Notes: a model not told the origin generated them from the sequence alone. Shown: positions 1 through 9,755, counted from the stretch's first letter. The stretch: DNA of 64,000 nt from Candidatus Obscuribacterales bacterium (GCA_965228855.1 CBDDIJ010000002.1:2176001-2240000); one strand, 5' to 3'. Translations and numbers: made by a program.

Positions 1-24
1 CTTGATGCGCTGATCTCTGCAAAT

Positions 25-498
25 TTGAGAGCCGGCCGGGCGGCAGTAGCGGAATTCTATAGCCGGCAGATTCTGACAATATGCGAGCGCGACCGCAATG
101 AAGAAATCCATCCGGAGATAATGTTATCGACGCCATGCTGGGTTTCCACGCCAGAGTATCACCAGTCCGTAAACTACTGGATGGTGTGGTTGTACGAATC
201 GCGAGGTCTGCTGTGCATGTCCAAGCATCACCTCGAGTACGAGAGCAGTAGAATCGCATTTCGCGTTGATCTTAAAGACATCGTAGATATAAGTATTGAA
301 CGACATCCCTGGTGGTTGAAACCTTATCCACTGCATTTTATTCGAATCACTTTTCGAGAACCTGATTTCGGCAGCGTCATCAGTTTGAACGTGTCACCAT
401 ATACGATGCAAACCGACACGGTTATGGACATCAATAAGCAAGTCAAAGACTGGTATTCAAAATTGACTAAACAGCTTGGAGCCGTTGAACAGGTCTGA
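25..498 (+). CDS. hypothetical protein, probably 5'-truncated by window edge
   Basis: Open frame from window start to TGA 498; globular composition, no recognisable motif. Confidence 0.55.
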   Translation: MRAGRAAVAEFYSRQILTICERDRNEEIHPEIMLSTPCWVSTPEYHQSVNYWMVWLYESRGLLCMSKHHLEYESSRIAFRVDLKDIVDISIERHPWWLKPYPLHFIRITFREPDFGSVISLNVSPYTMQTDTVMDINKQVKDWYSKLTKQLGAVEQV

Positions 499-788
499 GC
501 GAAACACACGCACTCGCAATGTGTTCGAATTCGGAATGCCTGTGATGATTCGGACGCGTTCTACTAGTTGAGACTCGCCTCTCTTTGGACTTCGGATAAC
601 GCGAGAGTCCAAACTTTCGCATGTCTCCGGCGGTATAACTCCGGTCTGACTTTCATGCCGCAGCGGGTATACCCTCAGACCCCATTCCTCTGGCGGTCTG
701 TCCAGTTCTGCAAGTCGATATCGCCTACGGAATTGATCGGCAGCAAAGACTTCCCAGCAGCAAAGTTTTCTCATCAGCAAAGTTTCTC

Positions 789-809
789 AGTTGCACTTGA
801 GTTACAAGT
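789..809. promoter_or_regulatory. imperfect palindrome upstream of paralog 1
   Basis: AGTTGCACTTGAGTTACAAGT; 19/21 identical to 2075-2095; ~90 bp upstream of ATG in both copies. Confidence 0.5.
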
Positions 810-881
810 CGAAAGTAAATTGGTTTCCACAAGCCGATGCGACCGACGCCTCGCTGATTCTATAAAAGGAGCTCGAAGAAT

Positions 882-1703
882 ATGATGGAACAATTGGATG
901 GAAATATCGCCGTAAATGCAGAAAAATCGCAAAAGTCCTCATTACTATCGGTGGAAGATTGGAGTGCCTTCAACAAGGAATTGCTGAGCAAGAAGCCAGC
1001 CCCGCTGAGCAATGATGGAATGCTGGAATTCAGCAACCCGTTCGGCGAAAAGAAAAATGCTGTCGGTAAAACTGAAACCATGAACTCTGATGAAGCAGGA
1101 GATAAACTCCGTGCTTTGAAAAAAATGAAAGAGGGCGGCGACAAGGAAGACTCCATGCGTCAGCTGAAGAAAGAGAAGGCTGAGTACAATTCGACGGACG
1201 ATGAAGATCGGCAGATCAAAAAGTTGAAAGCTTTTGCCGCTGGAAAAGCAGAGGCAGCAGCCGATGGTTCGAAACCCGAGAAACCCGCTGACGGTGGTAT
1301 CAAGGACATCATCAAGAAACCATCAGCTGAAACCGATGGCGGTGTAAAGAAGCAGAAAGAACTAAACTCTGAACCGGATGGTGTAGTTCACCAGGAAGGC
1401 AAGGTCACCAAAGATGGTGGTTTCAAGGAAAAACTTGCGCCGACCGATTCTGATGATGAATTGACTCCGATGGAAGGCAAAGAACCGAAAGACGGTGGAG
1501 TGAAAGAACAACTTACCGACAGCGCGAGCCATTCGGATACAAGTGAATCCGCCCCTGGTGATCGCACGGAACCCGAACAGCGTAGTGAGCGTGATCTTGA
1601 TTCAGACACCCTGGAAGCCAAATCGCTGGCTCAAACAGGCTGGACTGTTCATGCTGACGGAACAATTTCTCCAGGACGGGTCAGATCCCAGGGACAAAAG
1701 TAA
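882..1703 (+). CDS. low-complexity acidic/Lys-rich hypothetical protein with DGG repeats (paralog of 2163..2633)
   Basis: AAGGAG RBS; N-terminus MMEQLDGNIAV resembles MFEQLDGQIAV; repeated DGG(I/V/F)K. Confidence 0.8.
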   Translation: MMEQLDGNIAVNAEKSQKSSLLSVEDWSAFNKELLSKKPAPLSNDGMLEFSNPFGEKKNAVGKTETMNSDEAGDKLRALKKMKEGGDKEDSMRQLKKEKAEYNSTDDEDRQIKKLKAFAAGKAEAAADGSKPEKPADGGIKDIIKKPSAETDGGVKKQKELNSEPDGVVHQEGKVTKDGGFKEKLAPTDSDDELTPMEGKEPKDGGVKEQLTDSASHSDTSESAPGDRTEPEQRSERDLDSDTLEAKSLAQTGWTVHADGTISPGRVRSQGQK

Positions 1704-1966
1704 ACGCTTCTTACCTCGAATTAGCTCATAACAGCTGGAATCCCAAGTTTTTTCCAAAGCAGCAGCATGGGAGCAGACTGACAGAAACTGAGCGGAACTC
1801 AAGCCTGTCGGTCTGCCTTCCCCAAATTTCGAGGACGAGCCTAAACCATGAAGATACAGTTGGAAGGCAGCCAGAACCTTTTTGACTACTTTTTTACTAA
1901 GCACCATATATGGTATTGCTGGAAACCTTTTCTTCGCGGTTATTGATCCATCCATCCTCGCAGCGT

Positions 1967-2000
1967 AGAGGGACAGTGTCTTCCGAGGCACTGTCCCTCT
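1967..2000. terminator. strong stem-loop (terminator-like, no clear U tract)
   Basis: AGAGGGACAGTGTC-TTCCGA-GGCACTGTCCCTCT. Confidence 0.5.
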
Positions 2001-2074
2001 CGCTATCTGCACGTTTAAACAAAGTGGTGCCCCCGCGAAATCGTTTCCAATTCTTTTGTTGTCGTCTGTTCTCT

Positions 2075-2095
2075 AGTTGCACTTGAATTACAACT
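2075..2095. promoter_or_regulatory. imperfect palindrome upstream of paralog 2
   Basis: AGTTGCACTTGAATTACAACT (AGTTG...CAACT); second copy of 789-809. Confidence 0.5.
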
Positions 2096-2162
2096 TGACG
2101 GTAGATTGGTTCTCATAAGCCATGGCTATGTATGCCGGCTGTTTCTAGAAGGAGATAAGACT

Positions 2163-2633
2163 ATGTTCGAACAACTGGATGGACAGATTGCTGTCAAAGA
2201 TAGCGGCTCAAAACCAGAACCCTTAGTAAGCCAGGACGACATGAGAAGTTACCAGGACTCCCTTTCCAAAAAGATCCCAGCGCAACCTCCGTTCGTTTTG
2301 GAGTTCACCGATCCGTATAAAGTTCCATCTTCCGAAGGTGGTCCGAAGCAGAAATTCGATACCGAAAATGATGGCACAGTTAGAGATGAGAGTAAGCCAT
2401 TGCAACCCAGGGATGGTGGCCTCAAGGAGAAGATTCTCGGCAGTGATGAAGGTCTGGTGTTCGATGAGTCGAAACCTGTCGAGCCTAAAGACGGTGGTGA
2501 AAAGTCCCCGCTCGTCTGCACTCCCGAAGATTCAACAGGGCTCGGTATCGACTTGCCTCCTATTGAATTCGTAGATCCCAGAGTGGAAGAAGCTCGCCGC
2601 CGTTTGGAGCGGATTGAAAGAGCGGACCAATAA
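2163..2633 (+). CDS. low-complexity hypothetical protein with DGG repeats (paralog of 882..1703)
   Basis: AAGGAG RBS before ATG 2163; internal repeat DESKP..P(R/K)DGG. Confidence 0.8.
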   Translation: MFEQLDGQIAVKDSGSKPEPLVSQDDMRSYQDSLSKKIPAQPPFVLEFTDPYKVPSSEGGPKQKFDTENDGTVRDESKPLQPRDGGLKEKILGSDEGLVFDESKPVEPKDGGEKSPLVCTPEDSTGLGIDLPPIEFVDPRVEEARRRLERIERADQ

Positions 2634-2696
2634 CTTCAGGTTTACCTCTACTGGTCGGCACCCACCTACCACCAATCCACTTCAGGAGTTCTTATT

Positions 2697-3200
2697 ATGA
2701 AAATAGTGCCCAGAGAATATGAGAATTATCAACCTCAAGAATCTGCCAATGAGCATGGAGAAAGCCGTTCTCCAAGGATTCTGCAGGACATGGCCGACCC
2801 CGCGCTGAGCGACAAAGGAAAATTTCAAAAGTTGCATTTGGAAGTTCTTGAAACCGGTGACGTCGTGAAAACGCGCGGGGGAGACCAGGCGCTCGCTCTG
2901 ACGTCCGGTGAGACCATTCAACGTAGTAGTGACGGCCGCCTCCGCCTTTTCGACAGGTCTGGGCTTGAGTTGGGAGTGATCGATAAACAACTGCCTGAGC
3001 GAGGTACTTACCCGTCGTTACTGCACCTTGAGTATCCCGGTGGCGTTACTCTCACCGATGGTGGCGGTCGGTCGATTATCTCCTATCCTAACGGCACCGA
3101 AGTTCACATCGATTATAGAGATGGTTTCACCTCTGTCAGGAGGGATGGTCGCACGCACTCTATAGGTGGTCGTGTAGATGACTTCAATGGTTTTAAATAA
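2697..3200 (+). CDS. hypothetical protein with beta-hairpin-like repeats
   Basis: AGGAG RBS; YPGG/YPNG/YRDG turns; followed by terminator. Confidence 0.7.
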   Translation: MKIVPREYENYQPQESANEHGESRSPRILQDMADPALSDKGKFQKLHLEVLETGDVVKTRGGDQALALTSGETIQRSSDGRLRLFDRSGLELGVIDKQLPERGTYPSLLHLEYPGGVTLTDGGGRSIISYPNGTEVHIDYRDGFTSVRRDGRTHSIGGRVDDFNGFK

Positions 3201-3221
3201 ACGTCTTTTCGTTCAGCAGCC

Positions 3222-3257
3222 ACGAAGGGCAATGTTTCGACATTGCCCTTCGTTTTT
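3222..3257 (+). terminator. intrinsic terminator
   Basis: ACGAAGGGCAATGT-TTCG-ACATTGCCCTTCGT then TTTT; between convergent genes. Confidence 0.85.
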
Positions 3258-5051
3258 CTAAGCCTGTGCTAGTGGAATGGTGAAGCGAAATTCGCTTCCG
3301 CCGGCGGATGAGCTGGTTACTGATATCTGACCACCGTGCAAGGTGACTATTGATTTGCATATTGCCAATCCCAGGCCGGAGCCCGTTGAAGACTCTGTTT
3401 TACTTGTTCCGACCTGGCGATATCTGTCAAAAACTACTGACACCATATCTGGTGGTATACCGGGTCCCTGATCCGCAACTGAAATCTCGACGAAATTATC
3501 GGTTTCCCTGGCACTCACGCGAACTATCGAGTTCCTGGGGCTGAATTTGATGGCGTTTGAAACTAGATTTTGTAATACTCGAATTATTCGGTCCTGGTCG
3601 CAATCTACCAGATAGTCTGTGTCTTCAAAAACGAGCTCGATATCTTGCTCCTTGGCTATTAGTGAGCTTGTTTCCGCTACGGCCTCGAAGCATTCCTCAA
3701 GTGGGATGGTGTCCATGGAAAGCTCCATCATTCCTGCCTCGATCTTTTCAATATCGAGCAGATCATTGATTAGAGCAGTCATTCTATCGGCATTGCGACA
3801 AGCAGACTGGAGAAACTTCTTGCCTTTCTGGTCAGTGGTTGTAAAAACACCGCGAGTGTAAAAGTCGAGTATGTTGGAAATCGTCATCAGCGGCGAACGC
3901 AAGTCATGCGTTATCATCGCCATGACTTCGCGTTTTAACTCTTCAGCGCGGCGGCGCTCGCTTATGTCATGAATCACAACGAAGTAACTTTGTTCTTCCG
4001 GCGACCATGTCGCGGACCAGAGTGTTTGAACGCTGTCTCCTCCCGTGGTTCGCATGGCGACTTCCAGTTCTGAGGCAACTTCACCATTCTTTAGCGCTGA
4101 TAAGTACGCAAGCATTTCCGACGCGTCCTTGCTCAATACGAGATCAACTATATAGCGACCAATCAGATCGTCGTCCGGCACGCCAAGAAGTCCTCGGGAA
4201 GCCGGATTTGCTCGCACCACCCGTCCGCTGTCATCGAGAGAACAAATCAAATCTCGTGCGTTAGTAATGATTGCGCTTTCTTTCTTCGCCGAATTTTGCA
4301 GTTCTTCGGCCATTCTGTGAAACTCACGGTCAAGTTTGCCTAATTCATCCTTGCCTCCAAGTGGTGGATTAAGAGGCACGTTACTAGCCAATTTCGCCGT
4401 GTTGTCGCACATCACGTTCAATCTGTTTGAAACAGTCCGGATGAAGATCGCTGCCATTGCCGCTGCCGCGGCACAGTCGAGAACTATCGTCAGAAGCATG
4501 AGGTCTTGATTCTGCTTGTTGAGAATCAGTTGATTCTTTCGACTGCGTTCAGCCTCCTCTTCATGCTGTTTTCCGACGTAGGTCAACTCGTCTTTAAGCA
4601 CGGTTTTCAAAGTCGCTCGGATACTTTTCCACTTCAATTTTTCCGCATCGCCACTTCTTTGTTCATGCAACTCACGCGCGTCCATCAGGTCTCGCACCAT
4701 ACTCAGTGCATCCGCCCTGGATTTCTTTGCTAGTGCTGCCAGCTCCGGCTCGCTTTTAGCAAGGCGCTCGAGCTCATCATAGTCCTTTTTTAAGCGGTCA
4801 AAGTGAAGCGCATACATTGGGTCGTCTGTTGAAAAGTTTTTCAACGCGCTGGGATCAGCACCAAACATCGAGAAAATTTCCAAGCTGTCTTTGGTTATTT
4901 GATTGATTGCGTCAGAGATGTTTCTTGCCAGGTTGGAGCGCTCCAACTCCGACTTCATCGTCCGATTGACATTCACCATGAGCGCAAATAGCACCACCTG
5001 TATGATCAACAGCGGTACAAAAAGTGCGACAACCTTTTTCGATAGAGACAT
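3258..5051 (-). CDS. membrane sensor histidine kinase (2 TM, HAMP, PAS, HisKA, HATPase)
   Basis: THDLRSPL H-box, NLVSNAIKF N-box, DQGPGIP G1, GSGLGL G2; DELGKL HAMP. Confidence 0.95.
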   Translation of the reverse strand: MSLSKKVVALFVPLLIIQVVLFALMVNVNRTMKSELERSNLARNISDAINQITKDSLEIFSMFGADPSALKNFSTDDPMYALHFDRLKKDYDELERLAKSEPELAALAKKSRADALSMVRDLMDARELHEQRSGDAEKLKWKSIRATLKTVLKDELTYVGKQHEEEAERSRKNQLILNKQNQDLMLLTIVLDCAAAAAMAAIFIRTVSNRLNVMCDNTAKLASNVPLNPPLGGKDELGKLDREFHRMAEELQNSAKKESAIITNARDLICSLDDSGRVVRANPASRGLLGVPDDDLIGRYIVDLVLSKDASEMLAYLSALKNGEVASELEVAMRTTGGDSVQTLWSATWSPEEQSYFVVIHDISERRRAEELKREVMAMITHDLRSPLMTISNILDFYTRGVFTTTDQKGKKFLQSACRNADRMTALINDLLDIEKIEAGMMELSMDTIPLEECFEAVAETSSLIAKEQDIELVFEDTDYLVDCDQDRIIRVLQNLVSNAIKFSPRNSIVRVSARETDNFVEISVADQGPGIPPDMVSVVFDRYRQVGTSKTESSTGSGLGLAICKSIVTLHGGQISVTSSSAGGSEFRFTIPLAQA

Positions 5052-5143
5052 GTTCTCAACTGCCAGCGATGCGACGGTGACCTGTGCATCAGATGCGATT
5101 ATAATACTACAGAGCTAGCGGGCGATGTTGAATGGAGCGCGTT

Positions 5144-5815
5144 ATGGCGAAGTTATTGCTGGTCGAGGACAACGAGGACCTGGCTGCCACGATCGAAGCG
5201 GAAATGATTCTCGAGCGGCACACAGTCGATGTTTTTCACAACGGTCTGGATGGTCTGGAGGCGTTGCGGGCGACTGAGTACGATATCGTTATTTTGGACT
5301 GGGAGTTGCCTGGTTTGCAGGGTGTCGAGATCCTGGCGAAATTTCGTGAGAGCGGCGGTGTTACTCCTGTAATTATGTTGACTGGAAAAGCAGAGATTTC
5401 GGACAAAGTCACCGGACTAGATCTGGGCGCCGATGATTATTTGACTAAACCGTTTAATTCTCGAGAATTAGCAGCGCGCATTCGCACGCTTCTTCGTCGA
5501 CCCGCGCAAGTTCGTTCCAACACCGTCGAGCATAACGGGATAGTTTTGGAGCCGGCAAGTTTTAGTGCCATTAAAGATGGTGTCGCTGTCCGTTTGCAGC
5601 CTCGTGATTTCGCTCTGCTGGAATTTTTCATGCGACATCCGGGAGAGGTCTTCGATGTGGATGCATTGATGGATCGCGTCTGGAAGCTTGATTCAGACTG
5701 TTCGCCGCCTGCTGTGCGCATGGCAATTACTCGAATCCGAAAAGCAATCGACAAAGAGGGCGAGGAGTCTGTGATTGAAAATTTGCCGCGGGTCGGCTAT
5801 CGCCTGAGAAAATAA
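5144..5815 (+). CDS. OmpR/PhoB-family response regulator
   Basis: LLVED, LDWELP phospho-Asp, GADDYLTKPF, C-terminal winged helix (RVGYRL); divergent from kinase. Confidence 0.95.
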   Translation: MAKLLLVEDNEDLAATIEAEMILERHTVDVFHNGLDGLEALRATEYDIVILDWELPGLQGVEILAKFRESGGVTPVIMLTGKAEISDKVTGLDLGADDYLTKPFNSRELAARIRTLLRRPAQVRSNTVEHNGIVLEPASFSAIKDGVAVRLQPRDFALLEFFMRHPGEVFDVDALMDRVWKLDSDCSPPAVRMAITRIRKAIDKEGEESVIENLPRVGYRLRK

Positions 5816-5870
5816 AATAGGTCCAGCTACTCGGCAGGCGGTCCAGTTTCAATACGTGAGGAAATAGCAG

Positions 5871-6686
5871 TTACAGATAGTTGCCGGTTGCTGTACGAAC
5901 TGAAATCTCGCCGCCAAGCAGTTCTTCTCTTCCGTTGTGCGTTTCGACAATGAGCGCACCATTATCGCTTATGTCAATTGCAGTTCCGCGCACTTCGCGC
6001 GACGGCGTGGTGCAGATGACTTCTTGTCCGAGCGTAACGGAAAACGCTCGCCATTCGTCCATGATCTTGCGGGTGCCGCCGTGTTGCATCGAGGTATACA
6101 CGTCCTCGACTTGTTGGCAGATTTCCGCGGCCAGGATATTGGTGTCGTATTCGGTGCCGAGCGCCGCTTCTAGCCAGTAAACTTTGTCTTTTAATTCGTC
6201 AGGAATATCTTTTGCGTCAAAGCGAGTGTTAATGCCGATTCCAATGACGAGCGCCGGTTTCGACCGATCGCCGGATGGCATTTCGGCTAGAATACCGCCC
6301 ACTTTTCGGTCGTCGCAAATTATGTCGTTGACCCACTTCAAGCCAATGCGCAAACCGCTGGTAGCAAAGATTGCCTTAGCTACAGCGACACCGATGCCGA
6401 GTGTGATCGCCGGCAGCTCGCCTATCGCAGTAGTCGGGCGAAGCAAGATGCTCATGTACAAACCGGAATCAGATGGTGACAGCCACTGCCTGCCCAGACG
6501 CCCTCTGCCGGCAGTCTGCTGACGACCAAAAACGATGGTGCCTTCGGGGGCGCCCTCGCGCGCCAATTCGGCACAACGCGTGTTCGTCGAATCGATCACG
6601 TCGTGCAATTCATTGGCGGGCGAGTGGCCGATTGTTTTCGACTTAAGTAAAACGCCAAACTCAGAGAGATTGAATTTGTTTACCAT
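5871..6686 (-). CDS. birA: biotin--protein ligase (no N-terminal HTH)
   Basis: DSTN, QTAGRGRLGRQW, KWVND, KVGGIL, GIGIN motifs. Confidence 0.95.
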   Translation of the reverse strand: MVNKFNLSEFGVLLKSKTIGHSPANELHDVIDSTNTRCAELAREGAPEGTIVFGRQQTAGRGRLGRQWLSPSDSGLYMSILLRPTTAIGELPAITLGIGVAVAKAIFATSGLRIGLKWVNDIICDDRKVGGILAEMPSGDRSKPALVIGIGINTRFDAKDIPDELKDKVYWLEAALGTEYDTNILAAEICQQVEDVYTSMQHGGTRKIMDEWRAFSVTLGQEVICTTPSREVRGTAIDISDNGALIVETHNGREELLGGEISVRTATGNYL

Positions 6687-6693
6687 GGCACTG

Positions 6694-7104
6694 TTAGCTA
6701 CGAGCTATAGCTGTTTCGATCTTGTTGTTGCCGGATAGCATTTTGTGAATCGGGCATTTGTCGGCAATAGCCTTCAGGGAATCGACCTGCTCATCGGTGA
6801 GTTCGCCACCGACTTTCACTTCGCGGGTGATAAGTGGAATTGTGCGCGATTCGTTGGCCGGGTCCGTGATTTTTTCTTCGCGGCAGAGTACTTCAACGGT
6901 GGTCACAGGCCAGCCTTTGCGGTTTGCGTACATCTTCACCGTCATCGATGTGCAAGCGCCCAGAGCTGCAAGCATGAGTTCGTGCGGAGAAGGTCCGAGT
7001 TCGGTGCCGCCTTCTGCCTTCGGCACATCTGCGAGCAGTGAGTGCGACCCTGCTTTTATTTCCTGCTTATACTCATTGTTGTTTTTTACGACTACTTCCG
7101 CCAT
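6694..7104 (-). CDS. OsmC/YhfA-family protein
   Basis: GPSPHELMLAALGACT and ADKCPIHK motifs; GGAGG RBS before ATG 7104. Confidence 0.9.
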   Translation of the reverse strand: MAEVVVKNNNEYKQEIKAGSHSLLADVPKAEGGTELGPSPHELMLAALGACTSMTVKMYANRKGWPVTTVEVLCREEKITDPANESRTIPLITREVKVGGELTDEQVDSLKAIADKCPIHKMLSGNNKIETAIARS

Positions 7105-7215
7105 TTCAGCCTCCGCTTGTGCCTTAACGATAATCGGCTTCGCGCCGAATCGCCTCGTTCTTATATAGGTAAATGGTAAACTCTTGACTGCACACAGAGA
7201 TCTATATTGAAGCCT

Positions 7216-7791
7216 ATGTTTACGCTTGAAACAGAACGCCTGATCCTTCGAGACTGGAAACGCGCCGACTGGAAGGAAGTCCAGGCGTATGCCACCGACC
7301 CGGAAGTCTACAAGCACATGATCTGGGGACCCAATTCAGAGGCTCAAACCAAAGAGTTTATCGAAACGGCGATCGATATTTCGTATGTAAAACCCCGCCG
7401 GGGTTATGAGCTTGCCATTGTTTGGAAAGAAACAGACTCAATCATCGGCGGTTTCGGGTTGCAAGTCATGGGCAAAGAAAACGCTAATGCGATGATTGGT
7501 TATGTTCTTCATCGAGAATACTGGGGAAGAGGCGTGGTCACCGAGGCGGCTAAGGGAATGATGGTTTTCGGTTTCACCAGGTTGAACCTTCATCGAATGT
7601 ACGCTACTTGCGATACCGAGAATGTCGGATCTTACCGGGTGATGGAGAAAATTGGTATGCGCCGAGAGGGGCACTTCAAGCAAGATACGTTTATCAAAGG
7701 ACGCTGGCGAGATACCTATTTGTACGCCATCCTCGAGAAAGAGTGGCGCGTCCTCCGCGATGAAGCTGGCACCAGTGGCGGTGTCGATTAG
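7216..7791 (+). CDS. RimJ/RimL-family GNAT N-acetyltransferase
   Basis: LETERLILR, YWGRG, NVGSYRVMEKIGMRREG. Confidence 0.9.
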   Translation: MFTLETERLILRDWKRADWKEVQAYATDPEVYKHMIWGPNSEAQTKEFIETAIDISYVKPRRGYELAIVWKETDSIIGGFGLQVMGKENANAMIGYVLHREYWGRGVVTEAAKGMMVFGFTRLNLHRMYATCDTENVGSYRVMEKIGMRREGHFKQDTFIKGRWRDTYLYAILEKEWRVLRDEAGTSGGVD

Positions 7792-8336
7792 CTGGCTATG
7801 GACAGAATCGTGTTTTCGTCAATATGCGGATCGAATGGATCAAAATTACTTGGATTGAACGATGCACTGTAATCGTCGTCAACCGGTGACGTTTGAGCCG
7901 GTGCTGCAGCAAAGATCATCTGAGCAATCGTGTCCATCTCATTGAAGGTTTCATCATCAAGCGACGAAGCGAGGACTTGCTGCAAGGGCAGCTCTGTGGT
8001 GACATTCCGAGGTAAGGTCAGGTTTTCCAGATCTGCTGAAATCGTCAATTCATCAAGCATCAGTGGATCTGAGTTACTCCGCGTTTCGATGTAGAACAGC
8101 GGCGCTCCTGCTAATTTGCTTTCCGCGCTATCGCCGACAAGCTCGAAATCAGCTTTTCCGCAGTTTCCGCAAGCGCAGGTTTCCGCAGCATCAGCCGGAG
8201 TAGATGCGTCTATCAAAATGACGTCTTCAATCAAGCCCTCGACGGCGTTTTTCACCATGCGAGAATAGACATCGGTATTAGTAGATTGAAAAGCCGGAGT
8301 GCTAGGCTGTGTGACCGGCTGAACAGGTGTTGACAT
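7788..8336 (-). CDS. acidic hypothetical protein with CxCxxC
   Basis: Long ORF, CACGNC; overlaps GNAT stop by 4 nt; start uncertain. Confidence 0.55.
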   Translation of the reverse strand: MSTPVQPVTQPSTPAFQSTNTDVYSRMVKNAVEGLIEDVILIDASTPADAAETCACGNCGKADFELVGDSAESKLAGAPLFYIETRSNSDPLMLDELTISADLENLTLPRNVTTELPLQQVLASSLDDETFNEMDTIAQMIFAAAPAQTSPVDDDYSASFNPSNFDPFDPHIDENTILSIAS

Positions 8337-8485
8337 AAGGGGCTCGCTTTCGATATTCACTACAGCCTAAAGTCGATTTGTGAACATTTGGTTTCCAAAT
8401 TCGCATTTGTGGTGTCAAACCTGACTGCGCTGCAAATTTAACCCGGTAAACTATTGATATTGAGGCTTGAGGTGGCGGCGAAAGA

Positions 8486-9250
8486 ATGCGCGAAAAATCC
8501 GATATGCAGACAATCGCTGGTCGAGTTGCAAAGTTTCTATCTAAGGCTGAGCGCGTTACCTTTCTGACCGGCGCAGGGGTTTCCAAAGAAAGTGGAATTC
8601 CGACCTTTCGCGATGCACAAACCGGAATGTGGGCCAATTACAATCCGCAGGAGTTAGCGACTCCGGAGGGCTTTCTGAACGACCCGAAATTGGTCTGGCA
8701 GTGGTACGACTATCGACGCAAACTGCTTGGTGATGCCGAACCCAATCCGGGGCACAGAGCCATTGTCGAGTTGGAAAGCCTTGTGCCCAAGGTCACGGTA
8801 GTAACACAGAACATCGACGGGCTACATCAGAAGGCGGGATCTTCGGATGTAGTTGAGCTTCACGGTAGCATCAAGAAATTTTATTGCTTCGATGGCGGGC
8901 ATGATGCCCATGATGTCCCATTTGATCTCGAGGAGCCGCCGCTGTGCACATGCGGTTCCATGATCAGACCGGGCGTTGTATGGTTTGGTGAGGCGCTGCC
9001 ACCACATGCGATGTCTCGCGGTTTGAAGGAATGCGCGGAGAGCGAAGTGGTTTTTGTTGCTGGGACGTCCGCACTGGTGCAGCCCGCGGCCTCGCTGCCC
9101 TACGCAGCTCATCGCCGGGGGGCGAAACTCATAGAGGTCAATCCTGACGAAACGCCTATTACTGATATCGTCGATGTGTTTATGCAGGGACCGTCCGGTC
9201 AGGTGCTACCAATGGTAGTGGCGGCGCTGAAAGAGCTTAAGGGCGTGTAA
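8486..9250 (+). CDS. cobB: NAD-dependent protein deacylase (class III sirtuin)
   Basis: GAGVSKESGIPTFR, YDYRR (YxxR), TQNIDGLH, HG, RPGVVWFGE, GTS, NP. Confidence 0.95.
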   Translation: MREKSDMQTIAGRVAKFLSKAERVTFLTGAGVSKESGIPTFRDAQTGMWANYNPQELATPEGFLNDPKLVWQWYDYRRKLLGDAEPNPGHRAIVELESLVPKVTVVTQNIDGLHQKAGSSDVVELHGSIKKFYCFDGGHDAHDVPFDLEEPPLCTCGSMIRPGVVWFGEALPPHAMSRGLKECAESEVVFVAGTSALVQPAASLPYAAHRRGAKLIEVNPDETPITDIVDVFMQGPSGQVLPMVVAALKELKGV

Positions 9251-9547
9251 TCTTGTTGGTCTGCTTCGGATAATGGTTGCGGGCGTCGGACACACTAGGC
9301 GGTATATCTGATCGATCTACAAGTCGCCTGTGAAGACGCTCTCAGTTTTCTTCCCGTGAAACGATCGTCAAAGACTGCTAGACCCGAATTTTTGGAGAGG
9401 CATATCTTTGTTGCATATGTTTTTGTTGTCTACTTGTTGCCTGATTGGGGCAATTGCAAACAGTCGCATTCGAATGTAAAGTCTCAGCAACACAAATTTC
9501 ACAAGGAGCAATTACTCACCTTCGCGCTTAATCAACGCAAGGGATTG

Positions 9548-9563
9548 ACGCTACATATGGTGT
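9548..9563. promoter_or_regulatory. NrdR-box-like operator
   Basis: ACGCTACATATGGTGT matches consensus acaCwAtATaTwGtgt at 13/16; upstream of nrdA; nested in GATTGAC...GTCAATC inverted repeat. Confidence 0.6.
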
Positions 9564-9569
9564 CAATCT

Positions 9570-9685
9570 GGTGGGGGAAGTGTGGTGAAAGTCCACCGCT
9601 GTACCGCAACTGTAACCAGTGAATTGCTGGAAGCCAGGCTACCCACATAAGCGCATAGGACGCAACCTCTTCGAGTAAAGGAGGA
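9570..9685 (+). promoter_or_regulatory. cobalamin riboswitch (compact, class-II-like)
   Basis: GGGAA, GGTGAAAGTCC T-loop arm, CCGCAACTGTAA, AAGCCAG B12-box elements; GTGGG/CCCAC closing stem; P13 CCTCTT/AAGGAGG whose loop CGAGTA can kiss TACCG. Confidence 0.9.
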
Positions 9686-9724
9686 CCGTCTCGTCAGCAA
9701 AGAACTGAGCTTTGTTGTCTAGCT

Positions 9725-9755
9725 GTCCTCTTGGTCTCGACCAGGAGGCTTTTTT
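9725..9755 (+). terminator. riboswitch-controlled intrinsic terminator in nrdA leader
   Basis: CCTCTTGGT-CTCG-ACCAGGAGG + C + T6; 5' arm can alternatively pair with AGGAGGAC 9679-9686. Confidence 0.8.

Noticed and set aside
9356..9622. 88-aa ORF upstream of nrdA
   Set aside because: Overlaps the NrdR-like box and riboswitch; no protein features
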